Assembly (NCBI GenBank): GCA_964480055.1
Contig: CAYZQH010000001.1
Location: 1-37,026 of the forward strand
Length of the DNA: 37,026 nt
DNA from: an uncultured Cellvibrionaceae bacterium
Lineage (GTDB): Bacteria > Pseudomonadota > Gammaproteobacteria > Pseudomonadales > Cellvibrionaceae
Reading direction: 5' to 3'
A program made the position numbers and the translations under genes. The notes under the pieces were generated by a model that was given only the letters and a program-made list of their open reading frames with translations, searched no databases and was not told the DNA's origin. The first letter of the stretch is position 1. Each line of letters opens with the position of its first letter. Below are positions 36,901 through 37,026 of the stretch, piece after piece.

Positions 36901-37026
36901 TACCATCGCCAAAAACTTGCACTTCAATGTGACGCGCCGACTCTATAAATTTCTCTAAAAATAAGCCGCCATTGTTAAAATGATTAGCGCCTAAGTTAAT
37001 GAGTGTTTGCCAGTTTTGTTCAATAT
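33935..37026 (-). CDS. Urea carboxylase (or related guanidine carboxylase), N-terminus outside the window
   Basis: The reading frame stays open to the window edge (..[44 protein letters not shown].. is the biotin carboxylase ATP-grasp). Central allophanate-hydrolase-subunit-like/carboxyltransferase domains follow. The C-terminal biotinyl motif is ILESMKMEI. Confidence 0.9.
   Translation of the reverse strand, partial: [1029 protein letters not shown]

Noticed and set aside
1-37026. A whole-window search by eye for CRISPR arrays, IS/transposase or integrase genes, prophage genes, restriction-modification systems, toxin-antitoxin pairs or known defence-system hallmarks.
   Set aside because: None was recognised. 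Apart from the SUKH islet and the 142 bp inverted-repeat element, there is no mobile-element signature.

Overview
This 37 kb chromosomal segment comes from a gammaproteobacterium. The polyserine-linked carbohydrate esterase, a CJM1_0395-type protein and the moderate GC content suggest a Cellvibrionales or Saccharophagus-like marine polysaccharide degrader, but that is inference only.

Positions 1-13.4 kb are mostly a conserved minus-strand housekeeping block: tRNA-Thr, SPOR protein, coaX, birA, alr, then tRNA-Leu(GAG), secG, tpiA, glmM, folP, ftsH and rlmE, with yhbY divergent. A lipoprotein pectin methylesterase gene with long noncoding flanks interrupts this block.

The remaining sequence is a mosaic:
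- An imelysin-like lipoprotein and a His/Cys-rich Spy/CpxP-like protein.
- An 880 bp gene-free gap containing a 142 bp inverted-repeat element and an orphan intrinsic terminator.
- A secreted coiled-coil protein.
- A DUF3524/GT4 glycosyltransferase, homologous to eukaryotic tRNA-queuosine mannosyltransferase.
- yajQ tightly coupled to a single-POTRA Omp85 gene.
- An AbgT transporter.
- An uncharacterised HExxH lipoprotein.
- An AT-rich islet with an orphan SUKH (SMI1/KNR4) immunity-type gene.
- A long acyl-CoA dehydrogenase.
- A two-gene unit: a mini-protein with a flagellar axial-protein-like C-terminus, then a SprA-related HExxH protein, behind a sigma-28-like promoter.
- A beta-propeller/YYY hybrid sensor kinase.
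- Allophanate hydrolase plus urea carboxylase, the latter truncated by the window edge.

I saw no CRISPR array, IS element, integrase, prophage or recognisable defence system. The most plausible undescribed system is the sigma-28-like promoter / mini-protein / SprA-related metalloprotease module. This rests on motif-level reading only and needs computational and experimental confirmation.
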